From: Camelus ferus
Taxonomy: Eukaryota
Direction: 5' to 3'
Assembly (NCBI RefSeq): GCF_009834535.1
Contig: NC_045707.1
Span: 50,532,001-50,596,000, forward strand
DNA: 64,000 nt
The notes beneath the pieces are model-generated. The model had not been told where the DNA came from. It searched no databases and worked only from the letters and a program-made list of their open reading frames with translations. Every line of letters begins with the position of its first letter. Position 1 is the first letter of the stretch. The translations under genes were made by a program, and so were the position numbers. This document shows positions 1 to 11,025 of this stretch, piece by piece.

Positions 1-118
1 AATGCAGATGCCTGGACACCTTCCACTGAGATCTTGTTTCATTAGGCCTGGAACCAAAAAATAATCACTTTAATTAGCTACCCTGTGCTGTAGATCAGTC
101 GTTGAGGTGTACTGCTCT
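1..118. mobile_element. MER5A-like hAT-Charlie DNA transposon fragment (runs off window start)
   Basis: AATGCAGAT.CCTGG...TCATTAGGCCTGG...ACTGCTCTAG resembles the MER5A body and terminus. Confidence 0.55.
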
Positions 119-329
119 AGAGAAGGTTATTTGGTGAAAATAAAATCAAATTGAAAAGAAAAGATTTCCCCTATTTATAAGAGAAATGACATAATCGTTG
201 TAGAAAATATGGGAACTTCAGAAAAATGGAAAGAAGAAAATGACTCTTCAAATGCCCCTAATTTGAGCAAACTGTGATGCTGTCTGCTAAGATCTCTCCT
301 CTTCTCCTTTTTTGCAAACTCCTTGGGCT

Positions 330-620
330 TCCCCAGTTAACACCGCTAGATGAAAGTTACTCTGTTTTAGTGTGTTCAAATGCTAGTCCCTCCTGTAAGT
401 CATGTATCTTCAACTTCCCTTTGACAATTCCACTTAGATGTCCAACTATCATCTCAAACTTAAACATATCTAAACCAACTCCATTTTTTACAATCAAAAT
501 TGACTCTATTCCTCTTTTTGTTAAGAGGAACAATCTTCTCCTCAACAACAGCTAGAAGCTTCTTTAATACTTCTTTTTTTCACATTGTTTTCTAATCAGT
601 TGCTAACTTCTCCTAACTCA
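330..620 (+). mobile_element. L2 LINE fragment
   Basis: Diagnostic L2 motif ATTCCACTTAGATGTCC...CATCTCAAACTTAAACATATCTAAACCAACT. Confidence 0.65.
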
Positions 621-2794
621 TTCTTCCCAGTGCAGGCACCCTTTCTATCCAAGCAGACAGCAGGTAGTGTGTGTGTAAAGCTGTACTGACTTTGAAATGT
701 TGAATTTTTTCCCTCTAATTTGTCCTGAGCCCCTTAGGTCTTCCCCGTCCCCTGACCACTGTGTCCTGTCTCCTGGACCTTCCCCAACAACCTTGTACCA
801 CCCAGTAGCCTAAGTGTTTACACCTGGCCCTGCTTCATGGGCCCTCCAGAACCCCTGCTCAGCCAGCTTCTCTTCTGGCTAGTCAATATCCATGCTGCAC
901 AGGGTGTGAAACAGATTCTTTATCACTTACTTTAGTTCATTCCTGTAGCTCCCCTAAAAGGACCCTTTGTAGCTAAGCTACTAGAGCTGTAACTCATCTA
1001 AACTTCCTGAATTCAGCCTCTCTGAACTTGAGTTATTTTATGTATCACTCACACATCTACTTTCCTAAAAATCTGCTTTCATCATCTCCTCTGCTTTGAA
1101 AATTTATTGAAATGCTTACCTAATTCAATTCCATAAACTCTCAAGAGACTACTATGACAAAAACTAACCATGTTGGGCACCAAGAAGTTATAAAGATCAC
1201 ATTACCTGCTCATGAGATAGAAAATTTAAGAGGTTTGATATGAACACCAGTAAGGATGGGAGAAAGTGGAATGTAATAAGAGGCACAGGATACTATATAA
1301 TTCAGGTAAAAAATTTTGTTCTGAATGTCATCTGTTGATATTGGGGAGATGGATGCTGGCCTTATTCTTCAGCTTCAAAATCTCTTTCCTGTTTTCTCAT
1401 GGCCTCTTGCCTCCCTGTGTCCCAGTAACGCCCTTGACTTTCCCCTGCTAGCTCCATTATTTGACTCTTCTTTTCCCATGGAAACAACCAGTTTCAACAG
1501 GCCATCAAATTTCTTAGACAAAAGAGAGAAATTCTTCTTTATCTTCAAAGCTTCTTGTTAGTTGCAGTGGGCATGCTACCCATGGTGTTTCAGAGCTTGT
1601 TATGTATTGAAAAAGATTGAAAGTATTAATTTTTTACTTTACTTTTTCAATTATATAAATGAATAAATTTAAAATTGCCTTTGTCCCACCAACAAAAGAA
1701 AAGTACTATTTGCATTTTACTTTATTTTTGGTTTTATGTCTATAACTATTTCTACAAGTATGAGATTATGAAACCATATTATTTTATACCTGGTTAAAAC
1801 TAGTATTATAAGATAAGGATTCTCCTGTTACTAAAATTGATTTGAAAATGTAATTATTGCCATCATACTTCAAATCACTTAGTCATTCCTCATTGTTGTA
1901 TATTTAGGTTGTTATTATAGATGTCATGAGGGTAAAATGAGAGAATTGACGTGTAAATGTTTGGAAGAAAAATTAGAAATGACATAAAAATATAAGTTGG
2001 TTTTGTTTTTGCCTCTTCAATTGGTTGGCCACAACAAATATTACTGGCCCATTTGGGATAAAATTCAATAGCCGCATTAATTCTATTTTTGCCTACACTT
2101 GTTAGTACCAACTACGTACAGTGATGCAATAATTACTGAAGTTAAAAAAGTATTAGTGCATCAGGGTCTCAGAACTTGAGAACTGAGAGTCTAGGAGAGG
2201 AGAAAGATAAAAGAAATTAAAAAACAAGATACACACACCCAACTCACGCATCTATGTGTGTGTATATGAACATAATGTAATAAATGTTATCATAAGAATA
2301 TATAAAATATTGTGAAAACAGAAGAAGGAGCAAACATTGGGGGAGGGCATCCATAGAATGACCATTTATGCTTAAGATAAATAGGGGTTCAACATGTAAA
2401 GAAAGGAGGGGAGGGACACTACAGGAATGGGGGGGAACAAAATTCAAAAAGGCACTGAGGTTGAAATACCAAGAAATACAAGAGATTGTGTTACTGAAAT
2501 GCTTAGGGTGCCTACAGGAGGGTAGAGACCAAGAAAGCAGAAATCTGGTTATAAAGGTTCCTGTATGCCCTTTTACAGAATTTGCACCTAACCATATACT
2601 AATTTAGTCTTAATGATGAACACTTCCAAAATCCTATTTCAAAATGGCAAATGTTGGTCAAGACCTAGGTCTGCTTTCATACCATAATTAGTATGAGTTT
2701 TTCTTTTCAGGTGGGAGAGTCGATATGAATGCTTTATTAGTGATAATCTCCACTTAACTTCAGGAAGCAATCACTAAGAAGTATTGAATCAATT

Positions 2795-3968
2795 ATTCAT
2801 TTAACAAATATATATATTAAGTCCCTACTAAGTACAAGGCACTAGAGAGATGGTAAAATCACCATGCTTTTGTGAAGATTATTTTCTAGTGGAGAAGACA
2901 GTTGTTGAATAAGTTAAAAAGTAAGTAAAAAAGGAACCTTAATAAATTCCATGAAGGAAATAAATGGGGATCTTCATTCAAATAGATTTTTGAATGTCTA
3001 AGCATTGTCCTAGGTTCTGGCAATTTAGTGGTACACAAAACAGGCAAGGTTCACATGCTCATGGAGCTTACCTTCTTTCCAGTGAGTGATGCATTAAGAG
3101 TTAGGGAGGAAGTAAACTTAGATAGAGAGGTAAAGGAAGGTCCCTCTAAAGAGAGGCTATATAAGCTAAGATGTGAAAAATTCAAAGAGCAGGGGGAAGA
3201 GCATTCCAGACAATGGAAAGAGCAAATATAAAAGTTTTGAGGTAGGAAATGCCTTAGCTACTGGAGGAACAGAAAGGAGAGCAGCATGGCTCTAATGTAC
3301 TGAAGGAGATGGAAAGTCTAGTGAGATGAGGTAAGAGATGCTAAAAAGATCACTCCAACTGCCAAGCAGAAAACTAAATTAGAGAAGGGGAAGAGTAGAA
3401 GCAAGAAGACAACTTAATTTAGCAGGAATTTCTGTGGTCAAATGAGAAATTAAGGTGGTTTAGACAGAGATGGATAGATTTGAATGTATTTGGAAAACTA
3501 TAAATTGTGTGATTTGCTGATGAATTAGATAAGGGAATTGAAGAATAGGTGACAAAGGTGTTCTCTATATTTTGAATAACTAATGGATGCTGGTGCCATT
3601 TAATGAAGTGTTAAAGACTAGAGACAATAATTTTTGAGGGGGGAAATCAAGAACACCTTTTTGAGATGCATATAGATATCCACGTGGAAATTTCAAGTGA
3701 GTAGTTAGAAACCTGTATTTGTTATTCTGCGGAGAGATTGCTTCTGGAGACATACATTTGAGGAATCATTGGCTTCATAAGCAAATTTAAACTGTGGATC
3801 CAGAAGATCTCTACTCAACAGCTAAAAAGAGAGGCTAAAGGCAGGAGAAAAGAAGACTCAGAACAAAACTCAAGAGTTGGACACTTGGAGGTAAAGCCAA
3901 TGAAGGAAGCTGAGAAAGAACAGGCAGGGACTTAAGAAAAACAAGGGAGAGAGGGTTGTTACAAAAGC
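2795..3968 (-). mobile_element. L2 LINE fragments (3' portion), interrupted by an MLT1 LTR
   Basis: ATTCATTTAACAAATAT 3'-end motif, CTCATGGAGCTTAC, ATCCACGTGGAAATTTCAAGT, all L2 antisense motifs. Confidence 0.75.
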
Positions 3969-4468
3969 TCTGAAACATGTGTTTGTTTGTAGGTTGAATA
4001 TTTTCCCCTATGCCTCAATCCATGCAGTTCAGGTGGGGCTGGTTCTTTCCTAATATACATGGCCCTCCTCAGCAACTCTGGGTTGGATGTGGCACCAGGC
4101 TGGCTCAATTAAAGTTTTCCTATGACTTCTGCTAATACTCACAGGAAAGGTACATTTCCCCCTATTAAGACCAGTAAAGAGAAGGGTGATTGATCTATGT
4201 CTAGAATAGCTAATAGCCTTCTTTGTTGCCACCCAAGGTGAACCTGCCTAACAAACAAGATAACAGTGGAAATGTATGCTGAGAGATAGAGAAAAATAAA
4301 TAGGTTTCTGATAATATTGTTTGAACCTCTAGATGCAATGCTGCCTTAAGCCAACATCATTCCTTTAACTTCCTGGATAAAAGAGCCAATACATTCCTTT
4401 TGTGTTTGAACAAGTTGGTTTGGGTTGTGTTCTTATTACTTGCAACCAGAAGAGACATGATTATTACA
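3969..4468 (+). mobile_element. MaLR solo LTR (old MLT1, J/K/L-like) nested in L2
   Basis: 3' end GAGCCAATACATTCC...TTACTTGCAACCAGAAGAGAC..TTATTACA; degenerate 5-bp TSD AAAGC (3964-3968)/GAAGC (4469-4473). Confidence 0.7.
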
Positions 4469-4760
4469 GAAGCCTATGAGAAGAGGTGTTTCTAGAAAGG
4501 TGGATTAGTCAACTATGGGAAAAGCCACTGAAAGTTGAAAAAAGTGAGATGTATTAATTGGATTTGGCAACATGGAGTCACTGGTGACCTGGTTGCAAGA
4601 TGACAGTGCAGTGGTAGGATTGGAAGTCTATCCAGCGTGGGAAAAAGAATAAATTGGAGGCGGTCAGATGGAGGCAGTGAAGGTGGCGACTTACTTAAGA
4701 AGAATTTCTGTGAAGCAAAGTAAAGCAATAAGGTGGTTGCTGGGAAAGATTATGGTACCA
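4469..4760 (-). mobile_element. L2 continuation after the MLT1 insertion
   Basis: TTGGATTTGGCAACATGGAGTCACTGGTGACC L2 antisense motif. Confidence 0.7.
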
Positions 4761-5689
4761 AAGGAGAAAGGAGGAAAATCTGTTTACCTCTGATTATTCA
4801 TTCATCAAACAGTTATCAAAGGATGACTATGCGTTAAGCTATCTTAGACCTTGAGAGATTTTTTTAACCTACCATTACCACTTCTTGCTTCCCAACTAGG
4901 AGTGCAGATGGTAGACTTTTAAATGAAAACTAAAAAATGGTGTAAGGGAAGTTCACACAGGTGGTGAAAAAAGATCATTGTCATCTGTCTGACTTATCAC
5001 ATTTTGTATTTTTGTGAAACGTGCCTCCCCTCAAATTGCTCAAAAATGGTACACATTGAGGTGGACCTGTTTCCTCCAAGGAAAGAGGAGAATTTTTCTT
5101 ACTCTGGGAGGATACATTTAATGAAGAACTACTTCAAGCCAGTTAGATTATCTTTTATCAAGTCAATATTCTTTGGCAAGAAATGGTAACAAACAGCCAT
5201 AAAGCCTCAGTTCAAGAAACACACACACAGACAAAATATTTAGTGCTTATGATGTGCCAGATACTATGCAAAGTAGTGAAAATAGATGAAAACACAGTCT
5301 TTGATATCTAAGAAATCAGTTCCAGAATGGGGACAAATATACATAATTCAAAAATTTGATAAGAATCATGGTAAAGATAAACACAAGACTCCGCAGGAAC
5401 TCTTCAAAGGGGTATCCACATTAGAGTTGAATCTCAATCTTCCCAACAGGAAGTGATGTTTAACTGAGTCTGGAGTGGTAAGTAGGACTTGGAAAAACAA
5501 CTGATCTCCCTCACTTAGCAGTTTACTTGCTTCTCACAGTACAATCCAGCCTGTTTGCATGCAAAGCTCTTCACACAATAACACATAGTAAGTGCTTGAT
5601 ACATGCTGATTTAGCTATTATTAGCAGTACACTCCTATCTCTACATAGATCTTCAAAAGTAACAAATTCACATTGGTTAAGAAGATGCA

Positions 5690-6225
5690 GGAAATCACTA
5701 GTGTGGAAAGAGCTTTGAAGTTCTGCAGATCAAACTGGAAATGGACCTCAGCTATTTATTAACTCTGTGACTGTACTGGCTTACTAGGGCTGTCATGACA
5801 AAATACTACAGACCAGAAGGCTAAAGCAAAAGAAATTTATTGTAGTGCAGTTCTGGAGGCAGAAAGTCCAAGACCAGGTTGCCAGGAGGTTTGTCTTCTT
5901 CTGAGGCCTCTCTCCTCAGCTTGTAGATGGTCCCCTTCTTGCTATGTTCTCACCTAGTCTTTTCATGGTGTCTCTTTGTGTGTCCAAATTTCCTTTTCTT
6001 ACAAGGATGCCAGATTGGATTAGGGACATCTTAACAGCCTCACTTTAGCATAGTCACCTCTTTAAAGCACTTATCTCCAATACAGTCAAGATTCTGAGGT
6101 GCTGAATATCAGGGCTACAATTTATGAATTTGGGAGGACACAATTCAGCCCATAACAGTAACCTTGGAAACTCAACATGGTAATCACTCTGAGATTGTTT
6201 CCTCATCTATAAAAAAGAGATAGAG
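5690..6225 (+). mobile_element. MIR SINE split by an MLT1 LTR
   Basis: CTCAGCTATTTATTAACTCTGTGAC | resumes CTTGG...GTTTCCTCATCTATAAAA (MIR core). Confidence 0.65.
5772..6157 (-). mobile_element. MaLR solo LTR (MLT1A/B/C-like), full length
   Basis: TG...CA termini; CAGTTCTGGAGGCAGAAAGTCCAAGA and GGACACAATTCAGCCCATAACA; TSD GTGAC (5767-5771)/GTAAC (6158-6162). Confidence 0.85.
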
Positions 6226-6599
6226 CAGAGTGCCCTAGATTAGACCTGGATAGATTTCAGAATTGACTGCAGGACTAGTGGGCTGGTGTCCACTCCTGTT
6301 TTCTACTTGCATAAATTGATATGCATTGGTATTTTCTGGCAAATGACAAAGCTCAAAAATCAAAACCAAAACAAACAACAAATCTCCTTTGTCATTTGAG
6401 AACAAGAGAGGATATGAAAGACAGTGTCCCCTTGAATTTGGACTAAGTCCTGATAGAAGAGCTGAGTGATTTCTTTAAGACTCTGGGTACAGGCAGTCCT
6501 CCTTTGAGACCCAAGGGCAAACCTCTATATAGCTCTGGGGAGAGGTCCATTCTACCCACTTTTATAAAAAGCACAACACTGCCTTTCCAATTCTACTAA

Positions 6600-7040
6600 A
6601 TTTTGATCTATCGATCAGCTTTGCTGCATAATAAATAACCCCCAAATTTCAGTGGCTCACAAAAATAAACATTTATTTCCTGCTCGAGTTCCACATCCAC
6701 ATTTGTGAGTGAGCTGCATTGTGTATCTGTTTAGCTCTGCTTGGCTCAGCTCCATGTGTCTTGTTTTGTCAGCCCCTTGATGGGACATGCCATTTTCATA
6801 GCAGTGAGGGAAGAGCAAGAAAGTTGGTGGAGACAAGTTATGTCTCCTAAATTTTCTGCACAGATGTGGCACACATCAGTGTTTTCTTACAGGTTGGCCA
6901 AAGCAAGTCTCATGGCTAAGACGAAGTAAAAAAGGCAGAGAAACATGTAACAACTATAAGTAAGAGAGCAATTGGCTGAGATACATAATCTTCTAACAGG
7001 GAAAGAGAAGTGATATTGCAAATAATAATATGACCTACAA
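6600..7040 (-). mobile_element. Old MaLR LTR (MLT1J/K-like)
   Basis: TGCTGCATAATAAATAACCCCCAAATTTCAGTGGCT and TGGCCAAAGCAAGTCTCATGG motifs. Confidence 0.65.
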
Positions 7041-7524
7041 AGTGCTGCTGTTTGCTGCTCATTTGAAAAAGCCTAGCATTCATCTATAAAGATAAAATGA
7101 AGAATCATGCTGGTTCATCTAAATAAATCATGTTGCTATATTTTCCCAAAATGCTGATTCACTGCCCCAGTGATTCCCTTCACTTTTGCTGTAAGCAATG
7201 GGGATTTTCATAGAAGTAGAAATCTCAAGTCAATATGCTAAGCAGTCATCTTCAGAACCAATGACACATTTACAGGGAATTTCAAACAGAGGTACAGACA
7301 TGGCAGGAGAAATTTCTGCCAGGGTCTGAGTCAAAACACATCAGACTGGCGGCATCTGTTTATGTGCAAGTGCTTTACACGGTCTTGGATTTTGATATAT
7401 AACACATTTGTGTGTTCTGTTTTAATTAGTTTTTAAAAAGAATTAAACACTGAATTCAATTTTAAGAGCTTGATATTGTTACATATTTAAATTGCATAAC
7501 TGGGATTCTTGCCAGCTGGAGAAG

Positions 7525-7535
7525 CAAGATGGCGG
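7525..7535 (+). promoter_or_regulatory. YY1 site (CAAGATGGCGG) at the start of the L1 internal promoter; CpG-rich 5'UTR runs to ~8840
   Basis: AAGATGGCG is the YY1 motif typical of mammalian L1 5' ends; the following ~1.3 kb is the only strongly GC/CpG-rich stretch in the window. Confidence 0.8.
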
Positions 7536-8466
7536 AGTAGAAGGACACTTGTAGCTCACCCTCTCCCACAAATACACCAAAACTCTCATCTACAGACCTA
7601 CTAAGCCAACCAGAGCACCCGCGGAACTCCGACAGAACATCGCCCTCTTCGAAAAACAAAGACGCCAAAAATCTGGTAGGAGAAAAGGAAAAAAGAAAGA
7701 AGAAAAAGCGAAACAGTGCAGGACTGATCCCGTGGGGACGGAGCAGCAAAGGAGGACTGGTGCTCGTTTGCTGGGTCTCCCCCCTCCAATGGAGAGGCCA
7801 GCAGGATGGAGGGGGAGCCTCCTGAGGCTCAGATCTGCCCTGTGCACCCCTTGACCAACAGAACTGAGTTAAACGGGCACAAAGGGACACCCAGTCTGAG
7901 AGCGCTGGCAGCTGGGGCTGGGACAGGCCCCCGGAGCTGGGCAGAGGACTGGGGCGGCTGCACTGAGGCAGCCCCGGGGGGCTGCAGGGTGCTGCGCGCC
8001 GTGGCTGGGAGGGGATACGGAGCAGAACAACCTCGGTCCCCCATAAACTGCGAAAAAAGCAAAGCAACACAGCAGTTGTGCTCTGGGGGGAGGGGGGCTG
8101 TAGCCTTCGTCTCCTCAGACCTGCACCGCCATTACGGGCACTTCTCATGAGAAGAGAGACAGGGCACAGCCACAGCCGCCATAACCTCCTGTGTACAGCG
8201 CCTGGGCAGGGGTGGGGCTGAGACCTGAATCTGTACTGGGGTCTCCGCAACCTCCTAGGCTGGACTGAGACTTGTTTACAGCCCAAGGGACATAAGATCT
8301 TTCTGCCCAGGCACCTCAGAAAACTCGAGCAGCCAAGATAAACAAGGAGCTAAGATTTGGCACAGAGCAGGGGCGGGGCCGTTCCGTGGTCTTCCCTGAG
8401 CCCGCCTTCAGGGCAGCGACCCGAGGTGGAGCAGGCAGCTGCACAGACCAGCCGAGTGACCGGCAC

Positions 8467-8690
8467 CAGGAGAGGGCAGGCGGTCACCCACCCTCCTGGC
8501 AGGAACACAGCACCTCACCATGGTGCTGGGAGGGGGCGTGATCCGCCCACCTGCCTCGCCCAAGCGCAGCATCTAACTGCGCATTGGGAGGGGGAGTGAT
8601 CCGCCTGCCCACCAGGTAAGAGCTCAGCACTTGACACAGTGTTGGGAGGGAGAGCGATCTGCTAACCAACAGCCACTGGGAACAGCACAG
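8467..8690 (+). repeat. ~58-bp tandem repeat (3 clear units plus 1 degenerate) in the L1 5'UTR
   Basis: Units start TGGGAGGG(G/A) at 8527, 8585 and 8643 (period 58), each with GATC(C/T)GC and CAGCA; degenerate unit from ~8467. Confidence 0.8.
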
Positions 8691-8843
8691 ATGAGGGTGC
8701 CAACAGAGGGCCCTTGGAAACAGCAAGCTGAGTTCACGAATCAGGGCGAAGACACAAAGACCTCTTGATAAAATCATTAAGAGCACACCGTCTCCAGGAG
8801 AACTAGATAACTGATACTCCTTAAGCCACAGTGCCAGAGAGAT

Positions 8844-9739
8844 ATGAGCAATATGAAGCCGAGGAACCACTCCCAATTAAAAGATCGAGAGAAATCCCCT
8901 GAAAGCACAATCAAGGAAATAGACATTGATGGCTTACTAGATCAAGATTTCAAAAAAGGACTGATCAAAGTACTGAAGGAACTAAAAGAAACAGTGTTTA
9001 GAGATATAAAATATGTCAAAAATGAAATTGAAGCTGTAAAGAAGAACCAAGTAGAATTAGTAAACTCATTTGCTGAGATAAGAGCTGACCTAAAGGCTGT
9101 ACAAAGCAGGCTAGATAATGCAGAAAAACGAATAAGTGACCTACAAGACAGGACAACAGAAAGCACCCAATCAGAACAGCTGAGAGAAAAACAAATAAAA
9201 ACAATGAAAACAATATAAGGGACCTATGTGATAATATAAAGCGTGCCAAACTACATATAATAGGGGTTCCAGAAGGGGAAGAAAGAACAAAGGGGATTGA
9301 AAAGGTCTTTGAAGAAATCATGACTGAAAACTTCCCAAACCTAAAGGAATCAGATATCCAAGTACAGGAGACTCAGAGGGTCCCAAACAGGAAGAACCCA
9401 AACAGACCTACACCAAAACATATCATAATCTAGATGGCCAGAGTCAAGGATAAAGAAATGATCCTTAAGGCAGCAAGAGAAAAGAAAAGAGTGAGTTACA
9501 AGGGAACCCCCATAAGGCTCTCAGCTGATTTCTCTACACAAACACTACAGGCCAGAAGGGAGTGGCAAGATATATTCAAAGTCCTGAATGAAAAAAAGAT
9601 GCAGCCTAGGATACTCCATCCAGCAAGGCTATCCTTTAGAATAGAAGGAGAGATAAAGAACTTCACAGACAAGCAAAAACTAAAAGAGTTTAGCAACACT
9701 AAACTCATGCTAAAAGAAATATTGACAGGTCTATTCTAA
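8844..9739 (+). pseudogene. ORF1: LINE-1 ORF1p (coiled coil, RRM, CTD), ~298 codons with one frameshift (~9200) and one nonsense codon (TAG 9431-9433)
   Basis: Motifs IRDL.DNIKR..LHIIGVPEGEE, ENFPNL, ILKAAREK, YKGTPIRLSADFS, ARREW, PARLSF are characteristic of L1 ORF1p. Confidence 0.93.
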
Positions 9740-9882
9740 ATAGAAAAGAAGCAGGATGCTACAAAAATGAGAAACTCATAACTGGAAAGGAGATAACTGC
9801 CATGAATTACATAAAGAATAAACACAAAATTGTAAAAGAAGACATCTAAATCATTAAGAGTGGGAGAGGGAAGCAAGGGAAG

Positions 9883-10250
9883 CCACTGTGGAAAACAGTA
9901 TGGAGATTCCTCAAAAGACTAGGAATGACTTACCACATGACCCAGGAATCCTGCTCCTGGGCATATATCCAGAAGGAACCCTACTTCAAAAAGATACCTG
10001 CACCCCAATGTTCATAGCAGCACTATTTACAATAGCCAAGACATGGAAACAGCCTAAATGTCCATCAACAGATTATTGAATAAAGAAGCTGTGGTATATT
10101 TATATGATGGAATACTATACAGCCAGAAAACCAACAACATAAGGCCATTTGCAGCAACGTGGATGTTCCTGGAGAATGTCATTCTGAGTGAAGTGAGCCA
10201 GAGAGAGAGAGAGAAATACCAAGTGAGATCACTCATATGAGGAATCTAAA
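9883..10250 (+). pseudogene. ORF2: LINE-1 ORF2 C-terminal stub (frameshifted); endonuclease and RT domains absent
   Basis: [56 protein letters not shown]. Confidence 0.9.
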
Positions 10251-10624
10251 AACACACACACACACACACACAAAACATAAATACAAAACAGAAACAGACT
10301 CATAGACATAGAGTACAAGCTTGTGGTTGCTGGGGGGAGCGGGGGGTGGGAAGGGACAGACTGGGATTTTAAAATGCAGAGAAGATAAAAAAGATTGTAC
10401 TGCACAGCACAGGGAAATATATGCAGGATCTTGTGGTAGCTCACAGCAGAAAAAAAAATGTGACAATGAATATATGTATGTTCATGTATAGCTGAAAAAT
10501 TGTGCTCTACACTGGAATTTGACACAACATTGTAAAAGCACTATAACTCAATAAAAAAAAGTTTAAAAAGTAAATAAATTGCATCACATCTAATGCTTTG
10601 TTTTCATGCTCACCATGGAAACTT

Positions 10625-11025
10625 CTCAGTTATTCATTCACTCATCATTCATTCATTTTTTCATTCACATATTATCAATGGCATTAGAGAGACAAAGCTC
10701 AGTAGTCATGTCCCAACCTGGAAGAACTCATGGTCCAGTAAGGGACAGAGAAAAGCATGTAAAAAAAATAATTACAATATGTAAGACTAGTGCAAAGGCC
10801 TGGCAAAATGAGTGAAAATGTGTTCTCTAGAACGGACAAATCTAGACTCAGATCTCAACAAGTGCCAGGTGTATGACCTCAAGCACTTTACAAAAGCTCC
10901 CTGCACCCCAGCTTGCTTATCTTTAAAGATAACTGTATCTACTTTATTGGTTTTTATGAGGATTAGGAATAACCTGTATGAAACAACAACAGTTTCAGAA
11001 CACAATACATGCTCAATAGAGGTGA
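10625..11025. mobile_element. L2 3' end (minus) followed by a MIR (plus)
   Basis: (ATTC)n L2 tail at ~10630; MIR-like TGACCTCAAGCACTTTAC...CTTATCTTTAAAGAT...ATGAGGATTAG...TGCTCAATA. Confidence 0.55.

Larger units (their letters stand above)
7501..10575 (+). mobile_element. Internally deleted LINE-1 (HAL1/half-L1-like): 5'UTR-ORF1-spacer-ORF2 C-terminal stub-3'UTR-A tail
   Basis: TSD AAATTGCATAAC (7489-7500)/AAATTGCATCAC (10576-10587) at a TTT|AAAT L1 endonuclease-type site; YY1 motif at the 5' end; ORF1 8844-9739; jump to ORF2 motif (Q)PLWKTVWRF at 9881-9883; L1 3'UTR with AATAAA and A-tail near 10550-10575. Confidence 0.92.

Noticed and set aside
7501..7520. 5' transduction ahead of the L1 YY1 motif
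   Set aside because: These ~20 nt cannot be distinguished from the family's normal 5' end without a consensus.
8467..8690. CRISPR-like repeat-spacer array
   Set aside because: Eukaryotic L1 5'UTR with degenerate tandem units, no unique spacers and no cas genes.
7501..8840. CpG island promoter of a host gene
   Set aside because: It lies inside the L1 TSDs, starts with the L1 YY1 motif and leads into ORF1.
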